Shown here piece after piece: positions 36,101 to 49,600 of a stretch of DNA of 64,000 nt. Made by a program: the position numbers and the translations under genes. This DNA is from Zygnema circumcarinatum SAG 698-1b (Eukaryota > Plantae > Zygnematophyceae), in assembly GCA_037447605.1 (NCBI GenBank), contig CM074804.1:5185909-5249908 (forward strand). Direction: 5' to 3'. The notes beneath the pieces were generated by a model. It saw nothing but the letters and a program-made list of their open reading frames with translations, was not told the origin of the DNA and made no database searches. Each line of letters begins with the position of its first letter. Position 1 is the stretch's first letter.

Positions 36101-39100
36101 AGGCGCTTCTAGGACAAAACTCAAACAAACAGGACAGCCTGTTCTTGTTCTCTTCCCAAGGCTTCTGACTGCATCCCCATTGAAGCCAGTATGTCCACCC
36201 ACATCTAATGCAAAAAGGCCTCGATCACAACACCATATTATATGACTAAAACACAACCATGAAGGGATTGATCTATGAATGAGGTCATACGCGACAAGAA
36301 ATAAGTATGGTCGTGCCAAAAGACTGCAACCCATACGTGGCAAGTTTTCTGAGTTTGCATAGCCAATTTTCCGGACATAAACAATCATTCACTTAGTTAG
36401 GAGCTCCTCTAGCAGATCGGAGGAAAAGACATTCGTCTTGTAGATACAATGAATCTGCGTAAGCAGGCCTCCGCAATCTAGGAAAGAAAGGGCTTATGCA
36501 ACAGCTAGGGGGAGACTAGAACGTGCACGGGGAGTTATTAAAACATTCCTACACAATAAAGCCTAGAACAGAAAATCAAACAGCTACTTGACCACTTTCT
36601 ATGAGCAATTCTTTCATTTGGGTCTTTACGATAGGAAGCTAATTCCACCTACGATAACTTACCTATTGCATGCATAAAATGCAACATGTTTACCTTTTGC
36701 ACGAAAGATTACTGAAACTTAATATTTTATTGAAAAGACCAACGATCATTGATACATTCACTTGAACACCTTTCTTATCATAAGAAAACCTTTTGGAAAG
36801 TATTTTCAAAACCCTTTCTCGTAAAGTTAGTTAAACATTGCTAATTGGTACACAAAAAGTTCCATTCAAGGTAGAGAAAGCTGACCAGGGTTTCTGCTGT
36901 AACATAGTCCGTGTCCATCTCCAGGAATTGCAATAGCCTGTCAACGATGCCATTCACGTCGTAGCTTTGCAAAGCGATTTGACCGACTGCTCTGATTGAC
37001 TCGCGAGCGATGGTCACATCGACATTCGCAGCATACTCACTGAGTTCAGTCACTGTATATCCCATCCATCCGCCCTCCTGTCTTTCAGCTCTTTCGAAAC
37101 TACTAAGCTCTATAAAAGCTTAAAGAGGGGCCTGATTACAACTGCTATCCTAAACTTGGCAGTCCCACGTACTAATAGTGGAACACAGAAATTAGATAAT
37201 CTACTGGTTCACCAAATCATGAAAGGAATGCAAATACCAGGGAGGCTAGAGAAAGATCACTTAGGATTTCATATCTGCTTTAATCACGCAGGCATGGTTA
37301 GTACTTCAGAAATCCCAACTGAATAACAACCATAAGGAGCAGAATCCAGGAAGGAGAAGAGACGTTCATCTGAGAATAATCCAATCTGAAAACGTGAAAG
37401 CTTGCTATCTCAAGAAGAACAGGTTATGCCCTGAATGTCACCTATTTCATATGTATTGTTCTCATTGGCCACTGCTGTGAGCATTTCCAGCTTCAGCTTC
37501 TTAACATACGTTGGGTCGCTGAAGCGGCAGTAAAAGTGCTTGTAGTCTGATGCAAAAAGCATGGGTGCCCTCGCGACAAGCAGGCTCAAATGACTCAAAA
37601 CGGCATATGACTGCTCGGAGCTGCTTGTGCTCATAAGTGTGAGCAAAGGGGCCTTTATTCTCTCATAGACCTGCAGAGCAACCCATCAAATGGAAAATGT
37701 CCATGAAAAGTGTTAACCAGCAGCTTATGCGAGATAAAGTCCTGCGCATCACTTCAGGCAACTTCGGCACATCGCATGAGAGGCAGCTTAACGAATCTGC
37801 TCCTAACTATATCAAGTTTGCTAATTGGCAGACCAACAATCTTAGAGCAATTGCCAAGGAGGCAGATGTTGCAAAGTTTCTTATACGCTTGTGTACAATA
37901 TCAGCCAAAAACTACCGAAAGGCAGTTTATAATTCCAAATTTATCCAGAGACTATCAAGTGTGCAACTCCAATGTGTCACACACACCTTTTAGGAATATC
38001 GATTAAAACGCTGGGATCCTGATAGTTTCACAGTTTTCCAGCAAAGGTTCCATAACACCTACCTGTTGGTGCACATCCGCCATTGACAGTGTGAGGTGTA
38101 GAAACACTTTTGTAGTCGCCAATACCAAGGCGCTGTTTGCATGTTGCAGTCGATCTTCCAGCAGATTCATTATGTCAAATGTGTCGTTTGGATCAATTGG
38201 TGTATACTTGGACACCAGCTCCAGAACCAGACACTGGCCCCATTCGCTGAAATCTTTGATCCTGTGCCCATGTCATTCCCCATCAGTTGCTGCTTCTAGC
38301 ATGTTCTCAAAGAGTAAAGATGAGACGAGCCGGATTTATGCCGACATAATAGGCTTTTGACCCTTGATGTTACAAATTTCGAAGGTGTGAAATGCTCATC
38401 CTGGATAGGCTAGTATTAACTTAGCTATTTCAGAGGAGCAGATTGAGCAGAGTACCAATACAATGTTGCCTTCACATTACCCTTAGTCAGTAACCAGCTG
38501 TCTAAAGCAGGAAGTCAATACAATGGCGATAAGGTCAAGTGAAGCCTAAGGCAAAATTTGCTTCTAGTGCAAATGGTTTAGGTTTGGCGCATTTCGAACC
38601 TATTTAGTAAAGAAAACACAACCGGTTTGCTGTACAAAATTTCTTTTTCCTTGATAGCAGTCTCATTGTTTTGATTGGCTTCAATCGTCAAAATTTCTTC
38701 AAGTGCACACAGGCTGTTGGCCACCACCTGCACATCTCCATCAAGAACATTACTGCCTAGGTCCGGCTGCTTTAACCGGTTTGCGCTAGTTGCAGGTAAA
38801 GGCTCCTGTTGATCTGTGAAATATTTGATCATGTCTTCCATTTCCATGAAATATTTGCCAATTGCAATATCTTTCTATTTTTTATCAACTAAAAACGTCT
38901 GATGGCCCGAGATATTGCTTGAAGTTCAAAGCAAGATGCTGTCCGTGAAAAAAAACTGTACTGTTTTCAACAATAAGCCGATGAACACTCCTTGTGACAA
39001 AGTAGTCAGTTCATGACTAAAACTTATGTGTCCAAAATTATCCCTTCCTTATCAAACATGCACACTCTCCCAACTAGTCCCTAAGCTGTAAATGTTCATT

Positions 39101-40577
39101 GCACGATTGTTTAGCACATCATGCTTTTCAAGAGACGATAATGATGAAATCAAGCCTCCAAAAGCGTCTGAAATTGAGAACGTTTAATCAGCCTCTTTCA
39201 TTGATCAACAACTCTCAGTAATGGCGAGACCAGTAGTCGGCTAGCAAGAATTGCAAATGGACAAACTGTGAGCTTTAGATTCACCTTTATCTCATACCTG
39301 TCCGTCAGGGTCATGAATCAAAAGCGTCTTTAGTGTGTCCGAAAACTCATTCTCCTTGCAGGCTGCCGGTGCTATATGGTACAATTTCAAAACTCCCGTA
39401 GCAGCGGTCATCCGAACATAAGGACTGGCATCCTTCAGGCCAAGGCGAATTGGGCCAACAAGATACTCCACTAAGTTCCGAACTCGAAGTCCACAGAGAC
39501 TTCGCAACGCTAGACCCCTAATCATGGGATCATCATCCTGTTTAAGAGGCGTGAAAAATCATGAAAAACGGAAGAGCGACGAGTAAATTCTGAGTTTCAA
39601 ATGGTGGGTGAACCAATGCGATTTTATCGGATGGATACATTTTTGCAACTATTCGTGCACAAATAGCCATGCGAGAGCGAAAGTCAAAATTACGATACCA
39701 TGAACATTTGCATCATACGCTTACACTGCAGCAAACGTAATACTAGCATCCCTACTCCTCATGCTCACCTGGCAATCTCTTTGAAGGAAATTTATGGTCA
39801 GCAATGCAAGCTCCGGATTTGTGGACGCGTAGTTGCAAACATACAAGTAGCACATTTTCTTGAGAACCAGGTCGGATGTGGCACTGCACATGACCATCTC
39901 ACTGACGTTCCAAAACCCTTTGTCAGTCCCTTGCGTCAGTTTAATTAACGTGGCAAACCTACAAGATGCCTATGAGATAGCATTTTCTATTCACGTTGAC
40001 TTCATTCGCAGCCGTGGGAGCCAACTTTCTGTTTGCATTCCCGAATTCGGAATTCCCCAAAACTCCCCGCGGATCAACCTAAACAAAAAGACAATTGATG
40101 AGCTCACAACGAGCACACAAGAGCGAATTTTAAAGAGATCGCGCATTCACCTGAAAAGTGCAGAAACATCAATGCCGACTGTCATGTATGAGATTACTTT
40201 CTTATAAAGTTCCCGTTTGACATCGCCTACTCCAATAGCCCTGTACAGCCGCTCAATAGTACAGGTGCTCAATATTGCCCCAGTGTTACGCACAAACACC
40301 AGTGACAAGTGGACTCGGCAGCAAGTATTCCTCGACCAAATGAAGGAAATGGGAGATGTAAGAACAGCATAACAACTGATATTCTACGCACTATATTCTT
40401 CCGTGAGTTATCGTTCGTAGAATAATAAGTTCAAGCATAAAAAATGACGCATCAACACTCCTCCGATCAGCGCATACTCTCTCAAGGAATATACAGTGAT
40501 ACATACCTGCTGCCAGCGAGTTGTCGTAGTTGGTTCTTGAGCTCCACGAGCTCTCCCTTTCGATTGTCGACGTTCAT
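33198..40577 (-). CDS. AP4B1: AP-4 complex beta subunit (beta-adaptin-like protein A), 13 coding exons
   Basis: MNVDNRKGELVELKNQLRQLAGSR, KKVISYMTVGIDVS, DPMIRGLALRSL and the C-terminal appendage ASGGTAPNFKFFFYAQ. All traced junctions are GT-AG. Confidence 0.95.
34641..34694. repeat. degenerate telomere-like (CCCTAA/CCCTAAA) cluster in an AP4B1 intron
   Basis: aaccctaaactcgaacccctaaccttaaccctaaaccccaaaaccctaacccc. Confidence 0.7.
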
Positions 40578-41303
40578 TATGGCGACTGCAGAGGATGGCC
40601 GACGCAGGAGAGGCGGTGCTCTGTTCTACCCAACAGGCCCGTCCGGCGTCCAACTGCTCCGTCGCGCCCTCCTGCTTCCTCCCGCTAGCAACCTGCAGGG
40701 GAGGGCCCGAGGAAAGGCCAGGCTCACAATTGATCCGCGAGTCTACTCGGTGAGTTTCGGCCGATTCCACACTCCAGAGGCAGGTCCACCCCGACCAATG
40801 TCACATGTCCCTTGCCGCGGTTGAAACCCGTCCGGTGCTTCCAAGGGCGACAGCGAGCGGGCCGGGGGAGGGGACCAGACGCTGCTGCTGGGGCTGTTAG
40901 GGCAGACGGACGGACGGAGGCTCGCGCAAGCGGGCGGGCGGGGGCGGTCAGGGCCAAGGGCCGCTTGCAAGCGATTTGCAGGGTCGCGCTTGGCCGCAGA
41001 AAGCGCACGCCAATACTTGCCTGCCTGCCTGCTTGTACCGCTTTCCACCTCTATATAAGCATCGTCCAAGTTTTTTCCAGAAAATTCGTTTCACATAGTC
41101 GACTGGCATTTCAGAGATGGTCATTTCAACAACGACCCCGCGTGTGAATTTTTTCTAAGGAGGAGCACAGCGAGTAGAAGAGTGCTTTCAGCGGCACTTT
41201 TTCGCTGTTTTTGAAGCTTATTGAGCATATAGTTGGAAGAAAATATGTTCTAGAATCTTGCAGTAATCCGGCAGCTCTGCCATAGCTAGTTCTGCAGTTC
41301 AAC

Positions 41304-44300
41304 ATGTCGGCAATTGAGTTCCTGGAAGCACAGCAAGCTGCCCATCCTGATCTTGCAGGATGGTACGCAGACATGGCGAGCTTGTACCAGCAAAAATTAT
41401 GGCACCAACTTACCGTGAAGTTGGAGCAGTTTGTGGCCTTGGCTGTAATCCAGGTAAGGTTCTTAGCTCTTTGGCGATTGCTAATCAAAACTAGCCTTCA
41501 ATAGCTTTAAACTATAAAACATTTTTCGACGTGCATAACCTGTTCCCTCTGAGCTCTCCATCATTGGTCGCATAATCGCCTGCCCCCCCTTTTTTTTTTT
41601 TTTAGTGAATGTCCTTGGCTAATTTTGTATGGAGGATCCGACCAGAAGCCGTACCTTGTCTAGGGTTCAACCAGATAAGTAGCTTACGGTGATGGCAAGC
41701 TAGTCTGACGACTTTTGAATGCAAATGCGGAATCGCCTATTGAAAGATGGATCTATGCGTTTGTCACGCCATAACTAGGCTATTCGTATATACAACAGAC
41801 GAGAGTGTTTTTTTTGTTTTTTCCAGGTCCTGCCGTTATTTATATTAAGTTTTTTGTCCATCGGTTGAGACGGGTCAGAGGACCAGTCATTATTTGCACG
41901 ATCAAATCAATTGGTCTCACTTTTGTTTGTCTGTGTGTAGGCCGGAGATACCTTGATTCAGCTGTATCACAATTTCATCACAGACTTTGAGACCAAAATA
42001 AACCTTCTCAAGCTCGCGCATTTTGCCGTGATCGTTTCAAGGCAGTACATAGAGAAGGAATCGGCTACAGCTTACCTTGAAAGTGTTATTGAGAAGTTAC
42101 GGGCCACGAGGGAGCGTCGAGTAGAGGAGCCTATTCTGTATGTAAAAATGCAAATTGCTGCATTGAAACTGCAAGGTGGGGACCAGAAGGATTGCAAGGT
42201 ACTTCTGGAAGAGGGGAAAAGCGTACTTGATAGCATGATGGATGTGGACTCAACAGTACATGCGAGTGTTCACTGGGTTAGCTCGCAATACTACAAATCA
42301 AGGCACGACTTCGCAGAGTTTTACAAAAGTGCGCTTCTTTACTTAGCATATACACCAATTGACTCATTGTCAGAGTCATTCAAGCTGGTAAGCTATTGCA
42401 GGCCACGTTGAGTGAAGTTTGTGCAATTCTTTGGAACCCAGTAATGCAGTCTGAATTGACCTTTCTTTCGCATTACTTGCATAGGCCGTCCGTGCTGATT
42501 ATTATCAACTTCCTGAGGCAGTCCTATGCCAGATAGAGACTAAACTTCGTTGAAATGCGATAATAACAATGTCAGAGTATCGGGGGTTTTGACATTTTGG
42601 CAAGATTTTGATTGATTTCTGTTTTCAGGACCTTGCTGTTGACCTCTCACTCGCGGCGTTACTGGGCGAAAACATCTACAACTTTGGGGAGCTATTTGCG
42701 CATCCAATTGTAAGTGAAATTTAAATTATTGTGTGCAGTCAAGTGGCATGGTTTCAGCGCGCGTGTAGGAGGCATTGACGCGCTTTACCCATGGCGTTTG
42801 TGACATGGAAGTGCTAGCTCCCGCTTTCCCCCCCTTTTTTTTTTCTTGAGGAATGAGAGGCCGGCAGATGACAGTGTCTGCAGAATCTGTCACGCTATGA
42901 AACTGAATCCCTACAGTGTGCTTATGTTTGTGTCCGTGCTGCTTTCAAGAAGGACATTAGTCTGTAGTTGGCAAGGGTGTTTCATCCCTCCTGTTGGTAT
43001 CTTAGAGTCGATTTATCAGCACTGACTTTGACAGTATTTGCCTGAAATTATTGCGTTCCCAAGGTTGTCTGGCAACTGATCCTTGTCCATTAGTGAAATG
43101 TACATTCAGGTATAGTGAAGAATGAGTCGAATGAAGAAAAAATTTCGTCTTTCACTGCAGACTAAACTTATGGTTTCATCTTGTGTTGCATGAGCGTGTC
43201 CGATGAAGAGGGCTTCCATGGGATGCATCTGCAATGTTTATACATGATTTTTAACCTGGATTTCTCAGAATTACCGAGCATTGCAAGGTTAACAGAGTAT
43301 TCATCCTGGCACTCATTCGAATCTGAGGGCTGAGGACATGCAAGAATTTAGCTTAGCTGAAACGACGTAGTTATTTTTTTGAATTGGATGGGCAATCGTA
43401 AGGCTTCGACCTAATGGTTTCCTTCAGGTTGTCCTCCCTTCTGGCTGCTTTATCTTCAGAGCAAGATGGGTCTAACATAACCTAAGAGTAGGCGCTTGCA
43501 TTTGCGGCAATCCAAGAGTTGTATTGCCTTAGTTTAGCCATCCTGGTAGATCTAGTTAGATAGCTTCGGTTACAAGGCTCCACTACCAAATCCCTTCAAA
43601 GGGTGCAGTCGCCGCCGCTTGTAAGATGATGAACAGTCTTTTTGCTGGGGATGTTGGACAGGTGAAGGCTCTTGAAGGCACGAGTTTTGAGTGGCTTTTT
43701 CAAGTTCTACAGGCATTTGATCAAGGGGATCTTCATAAGTACGACGAGCTCTGCAGCTTGTTTGCTGCACAATTGAATGTCCAGCCCGCCCTTGTGGAGA
43801 ATGAAAGGCGACTACGTGAAAAAATAACAATCCTTTGCCTTTTGGAGCTTATTTTCAGGTGAAGCATCCATTCCCTTGGTTTTATTTGCTTGCTGTTGCG
43901 GGATTTGTAAACCTCTGCCGGCAGGTCTCGCCAATTGTATGAGCTCTGGTCTCTATGCCTAGTCAGAAATTTATGAGTTTTCTGTTCCATATAGTTTTTG
44001 CACATAAACTTGTATTTGAAAGAAAACCCTCTTTCCTTCTGTATCTTTTGGGTTGAGGCACTCGCAAGGATGTGACATGTCTGCTAATAGACAACATAAA
44101 GGGCATATGAATGATAAACGTGTTCTGCCTGTCTTGTTCCAGGCTCTCTGTTAGTTGAATAACATTCTGGTTTGCTTTTCCTTTTATACATTATTTGATT
44201 ATATACAATACCAATGTTTAGGCAAAGATATGCCGTATAGAGTGAGCTAGGCCAGGTGGATAGCTTCTAATGTCGTGTCCTGGTATATTATGTTTGCAGC

Positions 44301-45064
44301 CTCCCGTCAGAGGAGCGCACCATACCCCTTTCCGTGATTGCTGAGAAAACAAAACTTCCACCTGATGGAGTTGAGCTTCTGCTTATGAAGACACTATCGG
44401 TAAATTGCTGAACACTTTTTCAAGTTTGGACAATAGCCTGACTCGCGCCTTTTGTATGTTCTGACGTCACATTGTTTGAATGCTTCTTCGTAAGTAGTCG
44501 ACCGAATTCTCAAGTCTTGTATGTTCTCATCGGATACGATATTTGTCCTCAGTCACTTCAGACAAGCTATTTTTTTTGGTCTGAGCCTGGAATATCCAGC
44601 GTAAGTAATGATGCTGGCATTAAAGTCAAGACTGCTGGCATTAAAGTCAAGGGTGATGGCATAAGCGAGAACGAGGAACTTTATATGAGACACCTTTCTG
44701 GGCCGGTGTGTGCTGTTTGTTGCTAAATCACCCACAGAATCTAGCTCTTTCTGGTCACAAAGAATGGATCTGCAATGAAAGGCCGCTTTGCATCCTATGT
44801 ACATGATAGTGCAAGCACATTAGTAAGTCTCGGCCGGCCTCACTCGCGATTGAGGGATGGTCAACGTGGGACGTGCAGGTGCATCTCATTGAGGGAGTGA
44901 TCGACCAGGTAGACGCCACAGTGCGCGTTTCATGGGTGCAGCCGCGCGTGCTGGCCGTGTCCCAAATAGCTGCGTTGGGCGAGCGCCTGGACGGCTGGCT
45001 CAGCAAAGTGCACACCACTCTCCTGGCGGTGGAGGCTGAAGCGCCAGACCTACTTGTCTCCTAG
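41304..45064 (+). CDS. RPN9: 26S proteasome lid subunit RPN9/PSMD13, 386 aa
   Basis: Exons 41304-41453, 41941-42387, 42629-42709, 43662-43858, 44300-44399, 44879-45064. KLWHQLT, ALLGENIYNFGEL and GVIDQVDATVRVSWVQPRVL (PCI domain). Confidence 0.97.
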
Positions 45065-46013
45065 GAGAATCTCTGCCCGGCAGTGACAGGCTCAATGTAT
45101 TTGCATTTTTGGTGATCTTCAAAGCAGACGGGTCTGTGGATGCTTCTTTCAATGGCATTTTTTCAATTTTCTACATCTCGTTTTGCCCTAGTTCCTGGGA
45201 ATTGGTGTTTTCGTTGTTTGGAGCCCTTGAAGTGGATTAGGGCATCACGAGACGGAGAAACTTCTGTTTTCTTTCTCGGATTGCAACATATCAGGCCCAA
45301 ATGCCCACTCTGCTTCGGGACTGCCACTGTACTCCTGGCCTTTTGGTCCTCTCCAAAAAAAAATTGTGCATGTCGAGAGTCTTCAGAAATCCCAAGAAAA
45401 TCCAATCCCAATCCCAAACAGACAACGGGAGCTGGTCAGAATCTGCTCAGAACTCCTGAGATATGATCTTGGATTAAGCCAAACGATCACGTCTTGAAAT
45501 TTATGAGATTCATATAAGCTCCACAATACCGCACGTTGAGGCCTTCGGAGGAAGTTGCACCTCAAATTGTTTAAAGAAAAGGCATACCCTAGCCGCAAGT
45601 GAAAGTCCTCCTCCACATAATCTGAACGCACAAATTCTAGTTCTAGATTTCCACTACATCCTGCATTTGGCAACCTCCGTTCTGCCTCCTTGTCCTTCCT
45701 TTTTTCTCGAAGCGTCCCTCTAGCCGCTCATACTGTCTAAATGCACAGCCTGTCACCCTGTGCATGTTTTTTATGAGTGAATGTATACTGAAAAGTGAGC
45801 AACACAGCAATGCTTCACTTGTTCAGTAGAAGAGTTAGGCCGTGTTGGTTACTCTTTGCAAGTCAGAGCAAGAAGCAGGTAAAAAAGCAGCCCGATTTTG
45901 GTTCTAGCATCAGTGGCAAGCTTTAATCTCTGCCGTGCTGCTTTTCAAGGGAAGTTCAAACCCTCCCAAATTGCATTGCGCTTATAAACGAACGTTGGGG
46001 TAATCATCACTAT

Positions 46014-46160
46014 TTGTGGCGGATCCAGGATTTTTGCTCAGGGGGGGGCTAAGCCCACTTTCGGTATAAAACTCACAAGGTATAATTAAAAAAAAGTTGA
46101 ATTTTCAAAATCTGAGAGGGGGCTAAGTCCCCCCAACTTGTATATGCAGGTCCGCCACTG
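46014..46160. mobile_element. hAT-type MITE (147 bp)
   Basis: TIRs ttGTGGCGGAtcc and, in reverse complement, caGTGGCGGAcct. Flanked by 8-bp near-duplicates ATCACTAT (46006-46013) and ATCACTGT (46161-46168). Confidence 0.8.
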
Positions 46161-46621
46161 ATCACTGTCGCAGTTCAAGCATTGCATTCAAATCAAGCCT
46201 GAACATGCATACGACAGCCTGAATTCGAATGTGATGACAGAACAAGAACTTATTCACACAGACTCCCGCTGGAGCTCAAACGACGTAGTGACACAAACAT
46301 TGAACGAATGTCATATTTTATTAAGGTGTCAAGCTCTGCATCCTTGAAGGAGAAGTTTGCGCCTACGCCGCCACTCTGCACCGGGAGTGACCTTCAAACA
46401 GCCCTATTAAAGCACCATTCTGACTATTTTTTATCTTCTAGAGGAATCGTGTCAAGGCCTAAAGCCAACATGCAAGTGCTGCCGAGCAGCCCCCTCGGCA
46501 GATTGCCTTCACTCGCCAAAATTGTGCACATGCAGGAAAAGCACGGTCCAAAGCCCTAGAAACGCCTACGAATCCTTTACGCTTCCTCATACTCGCAGAG
46601 CAATTAAGCCCCAACCCTAAA

Positions 46622-49600
46622 TCAAGGTGGCAAAGGCGTGCAGGTGAGGGCCTCTCTGCCGCCAAGTATCTGCCAATCGAAGAAGACGTACTGCAAGTTG
46701 TCCTTATAGCGGTGCAGCTCCACTGCGAAGAGGTTGGTGCCGTTTTTGAGCCACCCGCCTGACAAGTTCAGCGGCCAATACGACCAGCTGCCGTACCACC
46801 CCGCATAGACAGTCCCATTCAGGGGACCTGAAGAAGGAGGAGGAAGGTTGGAGGTTCTGTAAGCTTCGACTCCGTTGATGTAGAGCACCTGGCACAGGGC
46901 GAAAAATATGTATGGTGAGCACATTTTGGTCAGCAAGGCTTGTCATGAATACGGATTGTCATTTAGCAGACGAAAGAAAAAGGAGGTCGCAATATAACTG
47001 TGATCGAGGAAGGAACGCCACTTAATTGTAGTAAAATAATATTCATCTACAGCTTTGGCAATTAATGTAAATTTCGATGTGCTAATGGCTTTCATGCTTC
47101 ACAGGTTGACTATGGCGACTGGCCGAGCGATGAGGGGAATGGTCATAGCAGTTGAAAGTTGGTTCATCGCAGTTGATTTCTCCACCAAACCATGCGAAGG
47201 TTAGGAATAGATTCTACGAATTTTCTGCTTGCGGAGGACGGAAAGGAAGAACTTTGAGAACTTTGGGGGACAATCTGGAAGTTAAATTACTTGAAAAAGT
47301 AGACTAATAAAAAGATAAACCTTAAATACCGAAAAATCGGTCTCCAGTGAAGTAATTATATGGTGCATTGAAAGTTGAACTTACAATAGCATCGTTGACC
47401 AGAAAGGAATTGTTCAGCTGAAAGTAGCACTGAGCATCAGGGAGCTCAATAGTCTTCCGGAAGTAGAAGGTGCGGCGCAGATCAGGGCCTAGGATGAGTG
47501 TTGTTTTTCTCCAATAGAATCCATCAGTTGCAAATGTTGACAATCCTGCGTGCACCACGTTACTGGTGAGAACGCAAACAACAACGAGATTCTTCACTGT
47601 ACTGGAACCTCTTGGTCAGTAGTCAAATGCCTTTTTTCCACACGACCAGCTTTCAATACCTGTGCTCCAGGAACTTGAGTTGAAGCTCGGTAGCATCCAG
47701 TCAGATGACGGCAGGGGACTCGTTCCATCGAGATACTGAAAACCATCGTTCTCCTGTGCATGAAGCAAAGGAAGGACGATGGATTCAGAAAAAAAGGTGG
47801 TAAACATATACACTGCTCTGGAAAACTCAACTTGATGTATATGAACTAAAGTCTTCTCTCTCTCTAATGCCATCATTGCTGCAGAGTAGCTGCACGTACT
47901 TACCGGAATTATTTTTTGCACCACTTGTCGCACGCAAGGCGGTGATGGGCAGTTCACAGGGACATTGCGGAACAAATTCATGTCAAATGCAACATTGCGC
48001 TTCCAATTCCAAGCTGCGTGGAGTCGCACTGCTATCCAGTTTACGCCAGGCTGCAAATGCTCCCATTTCCCGCTTCCTGTATTCGGTGAGTGCACAAAAA
48101 GGAGGTTCAACTGCAAACCATCACTGCTCAGATTCGTGCCAACTTCAAAATCCTTTTGGGTATACCGCGGTCCATGAAGGCCTCATACCTGGAGCAGTGC
48201 GGTCGTGTTGCGGAGGCACGATGTGCAAATTTGATAGTCCCACGGCAGATCGGTGCTCGTCCAAGTGTTGGTGTATGTAGGTGAAGGAGTGTTGTAGGCA
48301 ATCGAGCCCCAGGGTAGTTTCTGCCTGTTCAATTCGATTCCATTCAAGAATACGATGGCGGCATCTGTTCTCCGAATGTTAAAACCTGGACGACAAAAAG
48401 CGTGCAGGTCCCAGTTGGTCATAACTTCCTTCACCTGAGAACCAAAAACAAAATGAGAAAGCTAAACGGATTGACTCGTGACTTATGCTGCTGGCCCTAC
48501 ATTCTGGCTCGCACTAGAAATTATCAAAGAAAATGTGCCTCCCACAGAATTTGCAGGACCTTACTTCAGCCTGCGAGAGAGCAATCTTATATTAACAGAA
48601 GGATACATGACCTTCAAGCAGGAAAAGGGTGATGCCATTGACAAAGTACTCCGCCCTAAAGGTTGAGCAGGGATTGAAGAAATACCTAAGCTGTAAGTGT
48701 TGGAGATGTCGTCGGTTGAAACAGTGAAGTTCTTGACGAAGTACGATACCAAACTGTCTGGTGTATAGTACCTCAGAGTGGTGTTAAAGACATCCCATGC
48801 AGGTGCATCCAAATTATATCCAAGAGGACCAGTGCCCATTGCCCAGTTTGAGACATTCCTGCAAATTCACAAACTGAGTCCTCGTTCAATTCAAGGTGAA
48901 AGCCAGAATTTTGCTAGAGAAACCAAGTTATACTAACAGCAGAAAGTTTTGCAAAGATCAGATTTCTAAATTACTTCAATTCGTATTGTTGGATGGGAAA
49001 AGAGACAAGGATGTTGAAGAAGGGGTTGGACGTAAGGAGTGGACAGAAGCGAGTCTCATTTGAACGGCGACATGGCTTTCGACTTCAGATTTGTGAGATT
49101 CACATCATGTCTATATCAGCGCCCCAAACAGTTTGAAAAGAATGGGTAACACTACAGCCAGTCAGAGATATGAACGCTGCAGGAATGAACCAAATCTTTA
49201 CCCTATGCGCCATGCTGAATTGATAGCATCCAAATTGGAAATCCTGTCATTGTAGAACCATCCAGTCGAGTTGGCCGGCCACAATTGCGAAATGGCTGTT
49301 GCATTCACCACAGGGAGGCAACTCCCCGCGTTGCAGACTTGTCCAGAAGGGCAGTTCAACTGGCTCGCGCCATTGTCAACCAGTCCATCGCAATTGTCAT
49401 CCACGCCATTGCACCTGTTCGAAGAAGCAGGGGTCAAAGAGTTAAGCAGGAAAGTTATGAAAAAGGAAGGAAAAAAAGGAAAAAGGAAGGTTCTGGAAAG
49501 ATCTGATGTGTCTGAAAAGTACATTTCGAAACTGATGGAAACGTGCAAATGCAGCTTTTGCAGCCTTGTCTTCTCTCGTCCATGGAGAAGGACCCAAAGG

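Noticed and set aside
44612-44651. 21-bp-period tandem duplication in an RPN9 intron
   Set aside because: This is an ordinary slippage duplication.
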